Positions 28,231 through 37,122 of a stretch of DNA of 64,000 nt are shown in pieces (position 1 is the stretch's first letter; every line of letters starts with the position of its first letter). The stretch spans positions 116,071 through 180,070 of the forward strand of contig JBKJLI010000002.1 in NCBI GenBank assembly GCA_046597065.1, given 5' to 3'. The stretch comes from Candidatus Saccharimonadia bacterium (lineage in GTDB: Bacteria; Patescibacteriota; Saccharimonadia; UBA4664; SCTI01). Both the position numbers and the translations under genes were made by a program. The notes under the pieces are model-generated. The model worked only from the letters and a program-made list of their open reading frames with translations. It did no database searches and was not told where the DNA came from.

Positions 28231-28305
28231 GCGTTCGGTCGCAACTCAAAAATCATACCTGGATTTAAGAGTTTTTTCAACGGTTCTGTTGATGTGTTTT
28301 GGGGG

Positions 28306-29271
28306 TTAGATGTGGTTTTCGCCGCCGAACAGCTTAGATACCGAACTGTGCGTGAAAACAGCTAAAATTGCAGCCGCAAGCAAGTTCGAAACCGAAAGGG
28401 TGACGATTTTTTTGCTGCGCGTCGTTACTGGCAGGGTATCGGTGACAATAACTTGGTCGATAGCTGAGGCATCAATCCGTTGAATTGCTGGCCCCGATAG
28501 TATGCCGTGGGTGGCCATGGCGTAAATTTTGATAGCACCATGCTGCTTTAACATCTCGGCGGCGGCGCAAAGTGTGCCAGCAGTGTCGATCATATCATCG
28601 ATTAAAATGCAGGTTTTGCCCGCGACTTCGCCTACTACATCTAGTGCCTCGACGGAGTTGGCAATATCTTTGGAACGGCGCTTGTGAATGATTGCTAAAT
28701 CTAGCCCCAATTTTTTGGAGTAGCGGTCACTGGTGGCAACTCGGCCGGCATCAGGTGATACAATCACGGCCTTATCGTCAAAGTTTTGTTGGATATAACG
28801 AACCAGGGTGGGCATTGCGGTTAGGTGGTCAAAGGGACCATCAAAAAATCCTTGGATCTGGCTAGAATGCAGATCGATGCTCATAATTCGGTCGGCACCG
28901 GCGGTAGTAAAGATGTCTGATACTAGCTTGGCCGTAATCGGTTCACGCCCACTGGCCTTGCGGTCTTGCCGGGCGTAGCCATAAAAAGGGCAAACGGCGA
29001 TTATCCTACTGGCAGAGGCGCGTTTAGCGGCATCGATTAAAATAGCTTGTTCCAGTATGGAATCGTTAATGTTCTTATAATGGGTTTGGATGATGAAAAC
29101 ATCTGAACCACGAACCGATTCACTGAGTTTGCAGCCAATTTCGCCATTAGAAAAATCGATTAGGTTCGGTTCGCTAAGTGCGGTGTTGAGGTGCTTGGCT
29201 ACATTTTTCGCTAGTTTAGGGTGAGAACGACCGGATATGATCTGCAGGCCGCGCTTGGTATCTAAAGCCAT
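28306..29271 (-). CDS. prs: Ribose-phosphate pyrophosphokinase (PRPP synthetase)
   Basis: Starts MALDTKRGLQIISGRSHPKLA... PRPP-binding loop DLHSSQIQGFF and DDMIDTAGT motifs. The ORF extends upstream to an alternative GTG at 29319. Confidence 0.85.
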   Translation of the reverse strand: MALDTKRGLQIISGRSHPKLAKNVAKHLNTALSEPNLIDFSNGEIGCKLSESVRGSDVFIIQTHYKNINDSILEQAILIDAAKRASASRIIAVCPFYGYARQDRKASGREPITAKLVSDIFTTAGADRIMSIDLHSSQIQGFFDGPFDHLTAMPTLVRYIQQNFDDKAVIVSPDAGRVATSDRYSKKLGLDLAIIHKRRSKDIANSVEALDVVGEVAGKTCILIDDMIDTAGTLCAAAEMLKQHGAIKIYAMATHGILSGPAIQRIDASAIDQVIVTDTLPVTTRSKKIVTLSVSNLLAAAILAVFTHSSVSKLFGGENHI

Positions 29272-29379
29272 GGTGGTCACTTTAGTTAATTTCCCCTGGA
29301 TTATTCGGTTATGTAACACTGCTAATATACACGAAAGCCCTCACGCAGGAGTGCTTTCGCATTTCCGCATGAGGGCGGG

Positions 29380-29838
29380 TTAGAAGTCGAGCTTCTTGAG
29401 AACGATGGTTGCATCGAATTCGCCGGGCTCGCCCTCGCCGGTCAGGGTTGCGAAAACGCTTTCGTAGCTGAAAAGGCTAAGCATACCAACGCGCCTCCTC
29501 ACGACCCGCTCGGCTATATCTAGGCCGACGATCGAGACGTAGAATTCATTGATGGCGAGGTGCGGCGTACTGGGGTCGGGGTCGCTGGTAGAGGATTCGA
29601 AAAGCTCCACCATAACAACCAGGTCGCCCAGCACGAAGTACTTGGGGAGCACCACACGATTAGTGAGAACTGTGAGATTCTCCTTCATCGTTGCGGCAAC
29701 ACGTTGCATCTTGTTCGTGATGATGTGATCGATGGCTGCTCGCGCCCGCTCACGCTGCTGGATGGATTCCTGTTCGGCGACGACCAGGGCGGCCGCGCGT
29801 GATCCTTGGTCTTCGACGACTCTCTTTAAGATACTCAT
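29380..29838 (-). CDS. Hypothetical protein (152 aa) in high-GC islet
   Basis: An AAAGGTGG SD is present. There is a strong GC3 bias and nested hairpins just downstream of the stop (29334-29379). The product is soluble and no motif is recognised. Confidence 0.5.
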   Translation of the reverse strand: MSILKRVVEDQGSRAAALVVAEQESIQQRERARAAIDHIITNKMQRVAATMKENLTVLTNRVVLPKYFVLGDLVVMVELFESSTSDPDPSTPHLAINEFYVSIVGLDIAERVVRRRVGMLSLFSYESVFATLTGEGEPGEFDATIVLKKLDF

Positions 29839-29923
29839 GTGCCACCTTTCGTAGAGGCAGAAGTAGGCGTATATTACTACAACATTAAAAAATAGTAAAT
29901 ACTAGTTTTCGAGATGAGAATAA

Positions 29924-30000
29924 TTCCTGGTGGGCGATGAGGGATTCGAACCCGCGACCCCCTCGGTGTAAACGAGGTGCTCTAACCAGCTGAGCTAATC
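29924..30000 (-). tRNA. tRNA-Val (anticodon TAC)
   Basis: GGGCGAT/ATCGCCC acceptor, anticodon stem CCTCG/CGAGG with loop TTTACAC, T-loop TTCGAAT, and CCA. It is close to canonical tRNA-Val(UAC). Confidence 0.85.
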
Positions 30001-30115
30001 GCCCGAACCCCAGTATGGTAGCAGTTTAAATCTGACGAGTGAAGAGGTTGGCTGGATAATGGCGGCTGACAACAGGTTGAGCTCCGTGTATAATTTGAAG
30101 ATCCCACTCAAATAC

Positions 30116-30189
30116 GGCACTGTGGCGGAGTGGTTACGCAGCGGTCTGCAAAACCGCGTACGCCGGTTCAATTCCGGTCGGTGCCTCCA
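30116..30189 (+). tRNA. tRNA-Cys (anticodon GCA)
   Basis: GGCACTG/CGGTGCC acceptor, 3-bp D-stem, anticodon stem GCGGT/ACCGC with loop CTGCAAA, T-arm GCCGGTTCAATTCCGGT, and CCA. Confidence 0.85.
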
Positions 30190-30276
30190 GGGAGAGTGGT
30201 GGAATCGGTATACACGACGGACTTAAAATCCGTTGCCCATACGGGCTTGAGGGTTCAAGTCCCTCCTCTCCCACCA
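30190..30276 (+). tRNA. tRNA-Leu (anticodon TAA)
   Basis: It starts on the nucleotide after the CCA of tRNA-Cys. GGGAGAG/CTCTCCC acceptor, anticodon stem ACGGA/TCCGT with loop CTTAAAA, long variable arm, T-arm GAGGGTTCAAGTCCCTC, and CCA. Confidence 0.85.
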
Positions 30277-30391
30277 GCAATTATTATTATTGGCTTTACA
30301 ACCTAAATTCAAAGTGCTTGTGCTTTATACTTTAACGCGGTATAAATGCATAAGAAAAGAAAAAATACTAATTTTACTGATAACGCTATCT

Positions 30392-32218
30392 ATGTCAACG
30401 AAACCAAAAACTCAATCTAACATTTCCTCTGCGTTATCTAGCAATGGACTTCTTCGACACGGACAAAATTTATCAAAACGTAAGCTGATAGTAATAGCTC
30501 TCATATTAGGGTTGGTAGGCATTTATGTGGTTTACCGGTCGTTAGCGTCGGGTGCCGTCGGCAGTGTTGAGGGGGAGTCCTTAAGCGGCAGCGGAACAGT
30601 TATATCGTCTACCACTGCAAGTAACGGAAAGTATCTACAGATCAATAGCGCGACGGTTACTGCCGGCACAATTACCACCACGGCACCAGCTACAACCTTG
30701 AGCGTAGCAGCCAGTGGTATACAGTGCCATGGTGCGCCGCAGGTAAGCATTAAGATTGATGGCAGTCAGGCTTTGGTCGCTAGCGTCTCAAACTCTAGTG
30801 GTTGGGTTAATTACACCGCAAATATTCCAATTTCTCAGGGTACTCATGCAATCAGCGCGGAATTAAAAAATCCATTGACCAGAGGTAAATGCAGTCGTGC
30901 ACTTAATCTTGATGTTGTCAGAGCATTAGACAATAGTTCGACCGACACCACGCCTCCGGGCGTTTCGATCGCCAACCCTTCTAACGGATCTACGGTTTCT
31001 GGAACGGTAAACATTGCAGCTTCGGCTTCAGATAATGTGGGTGTCACAAAAGTAGAATTCTACGTGAATAATTCGTTGTCGAACATGGTATCAGCATCGC
31101 CATACAACCTAAGCTGGGATACAACATTAGTAGCTAATGGAGCCTACAGTTTGGTGGCTAAAGCGTATGATGCTGCTGGCAATGTGACACCTTCTGCTGC
31201 AGTTAACGTGACTGTAGCAAACAATGCCTCAACTTTAGGCGCTTCGCTTCCGCCACCACTCCCAGAATCTAGTGGCAGCAAGGTTAGCGGATCGACTACG
31301 ACCGCGCTGTCCACCTTGGTGAGTGGGCTCAGTGCTGGAACAACACTTTGTTTACACGGCGGCGTTTATGGCCAAGGGCAAACATCGTCAGTAACATTAT
31401 CAGCGTCCGGAACTGCCTCAAACCCAATTACAATTGAATCGTGTACTGGGGAGACGGCTCAAATCGCGCAGCTAATTAAAGTAACTGGGAATTATATCAG
31501 GTTACGGAATTTGAAAATCATTCGAAATAACTACCCAACCGATAGCCGCTACGGACAGAGCGGCACGAGCCCAGGAGGTAATGTCGGCATATGGCTGACT
31601 GGACAGCATGTGACTCTTGAGCACTCTGAAATCACGGGTGCGACAATGTCGGGGATATTTGGAGGCGGGGCATATGATCAGATAATTTCTAACTATGTAC
31701 ACAACAACGGCACAACTCCCGATGATCATGGCATCTACTACACTAGCAATAACTCATTAATAGCCAATAACCTGTTTGTCGCGAACTATGACTTCGGCAT
31801 ACAGCTCGGATATACCAGTACGTATGGCAATGTGGTGGCTAATAATACTACAGTCCAGAATGGTTTTGGTAATCCATCTTACCCTGGATCTGGCACGGTT
31901 ACCTTTTCGGGGACAAGTTCAAACTTGTTTGTAAACAATATTTCGGCTGGTAACGCCCAGTATGGATTCAAGACATACGATACAACCAACACACTATCTC
32001 ATAATGATGCATTTAATAACCCTGCCGGTGTGAGCAGTGGTAACTATGCTTCAATCGCCGCGATGCTTAGCACTAACCCGCTATTTGTATCGACTAGTGA
32101 CTTTCATTTGCAATCTGGGAGCCCGGCCATTGGATACGGTGATCCGGCTTATACTCCTCAAACAGATTACTATGGTAACCAGAGAAGCAGCGCCGACCTT
32201 GGCGCCATAGCACACTAG
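30392..32218 (+). CDS. Cell-surface protein: N-terminal signal-anchor, Ig-like (Big-type) domains, right-handed parallel beta-helix repeats
   Basis: MSTKPKT... then a TM helix, and Ser/Thr-rich repeats with 'VSIANPSNGSTVSGTVNIAASASDNVGVTKVEFYVNN' Ig-like modules. The C-terminal half has NN(G/L)...N..(F/Y) beta-helix (PbH1-like) repeats. The upstream 30290 start runs into the tRNA and is rejected. Confidence 0.6.
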   Translation: MSTKPKTQSNISSALSSNGLLRHGQNLSKRKLIVIALILGLVGIYVVYRSLASGAVGSVEGESLSGSGTVISSTTASNGKYLQINSATVTAGTITTTAPATTLSVAASGIQCHGAPQVSIKIDGSQALVASVSNSSGWVNYTANIPISQGTHAISAELKNPLTRGKCSRALNLDVVRALDNSSTDTTPPGVSIANPSNGSTVSGTVNIAASASDNVGVTKVEFYVNNSLSNMVSASPYNLSWDTTLVANGAYSLVAKAYDAAGNVTPSAAVNVTVANNASTLGASLPPPLPESSGSKVSGSTTTALSTLVSGLSAGTTLCLHGGVYGQGQTSSVTLSASGTASNPITIESCTGETAQIAQLIKVTGNYIRLRNLKIIRNNYPTDSRYGQSGTSPGGNVGIWLTGQHVTLEHSEITGATMSGIFGGGAYDQIISNYVHNNGTTPDDHGIYYTSNNSLIANNLFVANYDFGIQLGYTSTYGNVVANNTTVQNGFGNPSYPGSGTVTFSGTSSNLFVNNISAGNAQYGFKTYDTTNTLSHNDAFNNPAGVSSGNYASIAAMLSTNPLFVSTSDFHLQSGSPAIGYGDPAYTPQTDYYGNQRSSADLGAIAH

Positions 32219-32317
32219 TAATAAGTTGTTAGTTTGGATTGTGAGTGATCATAATTTTGCTGCCAACAGTGCTTAAAAGTGGTAAAATAGGGTTAGATTA
32301 TTTATGAGGCAGCAACC

Positions 32318-32872
32318 ATGAGCATTTGGATTATTGTAGGGATTCTAGTCGTCATAGTCGGCGGTGTGGTCGTAATATTTAACGGGCTTGTCACCAATAA
32401 GCAGCGGGTTGATGAGGCTTGGAGTGATATTAATGTTTTGCTTAAGCGACGTTATGATTTGATTCCGAACTTAGTCACTACGGTTAAGGGTTACGCCACT
32501 CATGAATCGAAAGTTTTTGAGGGTGTTAGTGCAGCCCGCTCGGCCGCTATGGGCGCAAGCGGAATTCAAGATAAGGCTAAGGCCGAAAACCAGCTTGAGG
32601 GCACGCTAAAGAGCTTGTTCGCAGTTTCCGAGGCCTATCCTGATCTAAAGGCCAACCAAAACTTTCAGCAGTTGCAGGAAGAGTTAGTTGATACTGAAGA
32701 TAAGATTCAAGCTGCCCGACGTTTTTACAACGGTACGGTGCGCGACTTTAACACTAAGCTTGGTGTATTTCCCACCAACATGTTCGGTGGGATGCTGGGC
32801 TTTAAGGCTCGAGAATTTTTTGAGGCCGACAATCAGGCGGCAATCAATGAGCCGGTTGAGGTTAAGTTTTAA
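32318..32872 (+). CDS. lemA: LemA family protein
   Basis: 184 aa. An N-terminal TM helix, then QRVDEAWSDINVLLKRRYDLIPNLV and ...ARRFYNGTVRDFNTKL...FPTNMFGG, the canonical LemA motifs. Confidence 0.8.
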   Translation: MSIWIIVGILVVIVGGVVVIFNGLVTNKQRVDEAWSDINVLLKRRYDLIPNLVTTVKGYATHESKVFEGVSAARSAAMGASGIQDKAKAENQLEGTLKSLFAVSEAYPDLKANQNFQQLQEELVDTEDKIQAARRFYNGTVRDFNTKLGVFPTNMFGGMLGFKAREFFEADNQAAINEPVEVKF

Positions 32873-32885
32873 GTAGGCGAAGTTG

Positions 32886-33377
32886 ATGCAGGATCTGAGT
32901 AACACTTATGCCTGGGATGAGTCACTAGCTTTAGCGGCGGCGGCGGTTCGTGCTTGCGAAGAGTTTAGTGATGCTGAACACAACGTATTGGTGTGGCATT
33001 TGCGTCAGTTGGTAGTTGATTTACCGGCCGGTGTGGTGGCCGATTTGCAGGCTAAACGGCCGGCTAGCCGGGACGCATTGGTGAAATTAGAGGTAGTCAT
33101 GGCTCTAATCAAAAAAATATATCCCGCTATCGATTTATTGGAACTTGAGGACACCCATCAAACCCTAGTGGCGCGAATGGATGGCCAATTTGCTGCTTCA
33201 AAGCCGTATACTACTGATAAGGGGTCTGAGCTTGCTGAACATGAGCAAGCTATCAGTGTAAGCAAACCAGTTGAAGTGGAGCCCGCAGGTGCTGACGATC
33301 CTGATGCAGAAACGGATATACTTGCGTCAACGCAGCCGGCGACCTTGGTTAGCGTACCGATAACAACTTCTAAATAA
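32886..33377 (+). CDS. Hypothetical acidic protein
   Basis: About 163 aa, acidic and soluble. It is upstream of and likely co-transcribed with htpX. The start is taken at the ATG 3 nt after the TTG. Confidence 0.45.
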   Translation: MQDLSNTYAWDESLALAAAAVRACEEFSDAEHNVLVWHLRQLVVDLPAGVVADLQAKRPASRDALVKLEVVMALIKKIYPAIDLLELEDTHQTLVARMDGQFAASKPYTTDKGSELAEHEQAISVSKPVEVEPAGADDPDAETDILASTQPATLVSVPITTSK

Positions 33378-33378
33378 A

Positions 33379-34260
33379 ATGTATACAGAAATTGCCGCAA
33401 ACAAGCGGAAAACCTTTTTATTATTGGCCATATTTGTTGCCTTTATTTCGACGCTAGGTTATCTTTTTGGCATTGGCAGCGGTAGCCCCACACTGTTTTA
33501 CTGGGTGGGAATAGGATCTTTAATATACTCGATCGTAACGTACTGGTTTTCGGATAAGATCGCATTGGGCATGAGCCGAGCAAAACCGATCACCAAGGCT
33601 GAAGCCCCTCAACTATATCGATTGGTTGAAAACCTTAGTATTACGGCCGGATTACCGATGCCCAAGGTTTATATTATTCAAGACCCATCACCGAACGCTT
33701 TTGCGACCGGTCGTGGACCCAAAAATGCCGCCGTGGCGGTAACTTCTGGCTTACTTGAGCGTCTAGATAAACCCGAGCTCGAGGGCGTACTTGCACATGA
33801 AATGAGTCACGTTGGCAACTATGATATTCGGCTAATGAGCGCGGTGACCGCTCTTGTAAGTTTAGTTGCATTTATTAGCGACTTCTTTTTTCGCATGACA
33901 CTGTTTAGTGATGATGACAACAGAAGTCCAGCCAGTTTTGCGATTGGCCTATTGGCAGCGATTTTAGCCCCATTAATTGCGACCGTGATTCAACTAGCGA
34001 TTTCGCGGCGGCGAGAGTACTTAGCCGATGCATCGGCAGCCTTGCTTACGCGCTATCCCGAAGGTCTGGCATTGGCATTAGAAAAAATTTCACAAGCCCC
34101 ACCAATGCAACGAAGCTCAAATGCCACTGCTCACCTATATATATCAAGCCCAACCGGTAAAAGTAAGGGTCTAGGTGGTATTATGGCCAATTTGTTTAGC
34201 ACCCATCCGCCAATCGAAGACCGAGTTAACCGTCTGCGTGAAATGGGCCACAAGTTATGA
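33379..34260 (+). CDS. htpX: Zinc metalloprotease HtpX (peptidase M48)
   Basis: 293 aa. N-terminal TM helices, HEMSHV (HExxH), and a downstream E (…EYLADASAA) fit M48/HtpX topology. Confidence 0.85.
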   Translation: MYTEIAANKRKTFLLLAIFVAFISTLGYLFGIGSGSPTLFYWVGIGSLIYSIVTYWFSDKIALGMSRAKPITKAEAPQLYRLVENLSITAGLPMPKVYIIQDPSPNAFATGRGPKNAAVAVTSGLLERLDKPELEGVLAHEMSHVGNYDIRLMSAVTALVSLVAFISDFFFRMTLFSDDDNRSPASFAIGLLAAILAPLIATVIQLAISRRREYLADASAALLTRYPEGLALALEKISQAPPMQRSSNATAHLYISSPTGKSKGLGGIMANLFSTHPPIEDRVNRLREMGHKL

Positions 34261-35057
34261 CAACTTTTACTAAGCGCCTTAAAAAGACGGCCAAAATCCC
34301 TAAACCAGTGCTGATTGGCTTTATGCCTTTACTTAAAAGTAGCTGGAGCGAGTGGCGCCTGTGGTGGCGCCCGCTGATATTGCTTGCAGCAGTTGTAGGC
34401 ATCCCAGTAGCAGTGGCATCAACTTTTTTGCTCGATACTGGTAGTGATAGCGCCCTTTCGGCCTATCTGACTTTAGCTCAGTTGATCATGAACACGGCCT
34501 TAATTTACGCTGTGTTCCTGCTGCGGGTCGATGCCAAGCGACAGCTGAGCCCTGGACGGGTTTATTATGATTCCTCGGTTGTGCTAGTGCGGATAATCCT
34601 GACCACGGCGCTTTTAGGACTGCTTGCGCTGCCCTTACTTTTGGGAGTTTTAATAATCGCATATGGCATCGTTTTACCAGGCGTAGCACTGGGCGCTGGC
34701 GAACAAGCATTGATTATTTTGCTATCGTTGCTGGCGTTGGTACCGGGATTTTACGTCATAACTCGTAGCTGGGCTTCTATATACGTTTTGTTCGAAAGCC
34801 CGGATGGTCCAATAGCTTCACTAAGAATGAGCTGGCGCTTAACTAAGGGCGTAACCACTGGTGTGTTCAACCGATTATTTGGGTTAGCAGGTTTAACTAT
34901 GCTTGTTTTGATTGTACCAACCGGAATATTACTGTTTAGCCAAAACTACTTTCATTCAAACCTCTTCGGTTTTGCCTTACAGCTAATGCTTTCGTTACTA
35001 GTTCTGCCATTTACAACGCTTTATTTAACAAAGTTGTACCAGGAGCTGCCACGGTGA
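34257..35057 (+). CDS. Hypothetical polytopic membrane protein
   Basis: 266 aa with multiple Leu/Ala-rich TM helices. ATGA coupling to htpX. Confidence 0.5.
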   Translation: MTTFTKRLKKTAKIPKPVLIGFMPLLKSSWSEWRLWWRPLILLAAVVGIPVAVASTFLLDTGSDSALSAYLTLAQLIMNTALIYAVFLLRVDAKRQLSPGRVYYDSSVVLVRIILTTALLGLLALPLLLGVLIIAYGIVLPGVALGAGEQALIILLSLLALVPGFYVITRSWASIYVLFESPDGPIASLRMSWRLTKGVTTGVFNRLFGLAGLTMLVLIVPTGILLFSQNYFHSNLFGFALQLMLSLLVLPFTTLYLTKLYQELPR

Positions 35058-37069
35058 ATCGCACCGAGGCTGCTAAGCGAGTGGCCAAGTTGCGAGAACT
35101 TCTTAACCAGTACCGTTTTCATTACTACGTTCAGGACAATCCCACGGTAGATGATGGGGTTTATGATTCATTAAATGTCGAGCTACGTGAGCTAGAAGCC
35201 AGATACCCTGATTTAATCACATCAGATTCACCAACACAGCGGGTTGGTGCTAAGCCGACTAGCGGTTTTAAGTCGGCGCCTCATCTTTCACCAATGCTGA
35301 GCCTGAATGATGTTTTTGATTACAATGAGGTAGAAGCTTGGGTTGTCAGGTTGCAAAAGCTACTTGCGGAGCGGTTTAAGCCACAGTTTTATGGTGAGAT
35401 TAAGATGGATGGCTTGGCCGCTTCATTAATATATCAAGACGGAGTTTTGTCCCAAGGATTAACTCGAGGTGACGGTCGTAATGGCGAGGATGTAACCGAC
35501 AATTTGCGCACTATCGAATCGATACCATTGCGGTTACATGCTAATAAGTCGGCGCCATCCTCGGTTTATAAAGGTCGCTTTGAGGTTCGCGGTGAGGTGC
35601 TTTTATACAAAGCCGCCTTTGAGCGTCTTAACCAACAACGTGTCAATGCCGACAAACCACTGTTTGCCAACCCCCGCAATACTGCCGCCGGTACCATTCG
35701 CCAGTTGGATCCTAAATTGGTGGCTGAACGCGGCTTAAGCTTTCACGTATATGGCGTCGTTACTGATGTAGATGGCATTAATACTCATGCCGATGAACAC
35801 GAATTGGCAGCCAAACTTGGGTTTAAGGTAGAGGCAAACAGCCTTAGATTAGACTCTACCACTGCGATTATAAAGTATTTAGACATCTGGGAAGAAAAGC
35901 GCAAACAACTGCCATACAATACCGATGGCATCGTTGTAACCCTGAATGATCGATCTGATTACCAGCGCGTCGGGGTGGCGGGCCGAGCACCTCGCGGCTC
36001 AGTTGCATATAAATTTCAGGCCGAACAAGCAACCACAAAGCTTAAAGATATTCAGGTAAGTATTGGGCGAACTGGGGCCGCCACCCCCTTTGCCGTCCTC
36101 GAACCAGTACATATTGCCGGCTCTACCGTGCAAATGGCTACCCTGCATAATGCCAGCGAAGTAGCTCGTAAGGATGTACGCATTGGCGACACAGTCATTG
36201 TTCAAAAGGCTGGTGATATTATTCCAGAAGTGGTGTGCAGTTTGCCAGATTTGCGCACCGGGAATGAAAAGACTTTCGTGATGCCTAAGAACTGCCCGGT
36301 TTGTAAAGAGCCGTTGTACAAACGTGATCAAGATGCGATTTGGCGTTGCGTAAATTTTGATTGCCCAGCTCTAGAAAGCGGTCGGATAATTCATTTTGCT
36401 AGTAAAACTGCTTTTGACATTGAAGGACTAGGTGAAAAAAATGTCGATGCCTTGCTAGATGCCAGGTTAATTAAAGATGTTGCCGATCTGTTTAAGCTAA
36501 CAACTACTAAGTTAGAAGGGCTAGAGCGATTTGCGGCAGTTTCGGCTGCCAAGCTTGTGGATGCAATCCAAACCAAAAAGTCGGTGTCTTTGGATCGCTT
36601 TATTTATGGGTTGGGAATTCGCCATGTTGGCCAACAAACCGCTGTTGATATTGCCAACTATTTTGGTAGTTTGGCCAAGTTTACGACTGCCGATTTAAAA
36701 ACCTTGCAGCAAGTCCCTGGTATTGGAAATGTGGTGGCGACCAGCGTTCAAGATTGGCTAGAATCTCAGCGGCACCAAGAACTATTGCGCAAACTAGAGC
36801 TGGCGGGTGTGCAGCCAATCGCGATTAAACGGGTCAAAGGCCCTCTAACGGGTAAACAGTTTGTAATCACCGGTACGCTCGTAAGCTTTAGTCGTGAACA
36901 GGCCGGCGAGCGTTTGGCCAGCCTGGGAGGCAAGCTGCAGAATGCTGTAACGTCTGAAACCAACTACGTGGTAGTAGGTGATTCACCTGGTGCTAGCAAA
37001 CTGGCCAAGTCCGCCAAACTTGGAATAGATCAAATTGATGAAGGCAAACTGCTGAAACTGCTCAACTAA
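35054..37069 (+). CDS. ligA: NAD-dependent DNA ligase
   Basis: 671 aa. Adenylation motif KMDGLA, OB fold, Zn finger (CPVCKEP...C..C), HhH and a C-terminal BRCT domain. Confidence 0.95.
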   Translation: MNRTEAAKRVAKLRELLNQYRFHYYVQDNPTVDDGVYDSLNVELRELEARYPDLITSDSPTQRVGAKPTSGFKSAPHLSPMLSLNDVFDYNEVEAWVVRLQKLLAERFKPQFYGEIKMDGLAASLIYQDGVLSQGLTRGDGRNGEDVTDNLRTIESIPLRLHANKSAPSSVYKGRFEVRGEVLLYKAAFERLNQQRVNADKPLFANPRNTAAGTIRQLDPKLVAERGLSFHVYGVVTDVDGINTHADEHELAAKLGFKVEANSLRLDSTTAIIKYLDIWEEKRKQLPYNTDGIVVTLNDRSDYQRVGVAGRAPRGSVAYKFQAEQATTKLKDIQVSIGRTGAATPFAVLEPVHIAGSTVQMATLHNASEVARKDVRIGDTVIVQKAGDIIPEVVCSLPDLRTGNEKTFVMPKNCPVCKEPLYKRDQDAIWRCVNFDCPALESGRIIHFASKTAFDIEGLGEKNVDALLDARLIKDVADLFKLTTTKLEGLERFAAVSAAKLVDAIQTKKSVSLDRFIYGLGIRHVGQQTAVDIANYFGSLAKFTTADLKTLQQVPGIGNVVATSVQDWLESQRHQELLRKLELAGVQPIAIKRVKGPLTGKQFVITGTLVSFSREQAGERLASLGGKLQNAVTSETNYVVVGDSPGASKLAKSAKLGIDQIDEGKLLKLLN

Positions 37070-37122
37070 CTATACAAATAGAAGTATTGACGTTAATCGT
37101 AATTGGCGTCAACATGATGTAA

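Noticed and set aside
29272-29319. The GTG-initiated 16-codon N-terminal extension of prs.
   Set aside because: PRPP synthetases begin with the M-x-L-x-x-K-x-x-x-I-F-S/G-G motif. MALDTKRGLQIISG at 29271 matches this, and the extension does not.
30290-30391. The upstream extension of the surface-protein ORF (start at 30290).
   Set aside because: It begins only 14 nt after tRNA-Leu(TAA) and would encode a Lys/Ile-rich AT-driven peptide. The MSTKPKT start at 30392 is followed by a proper signal-anchor.
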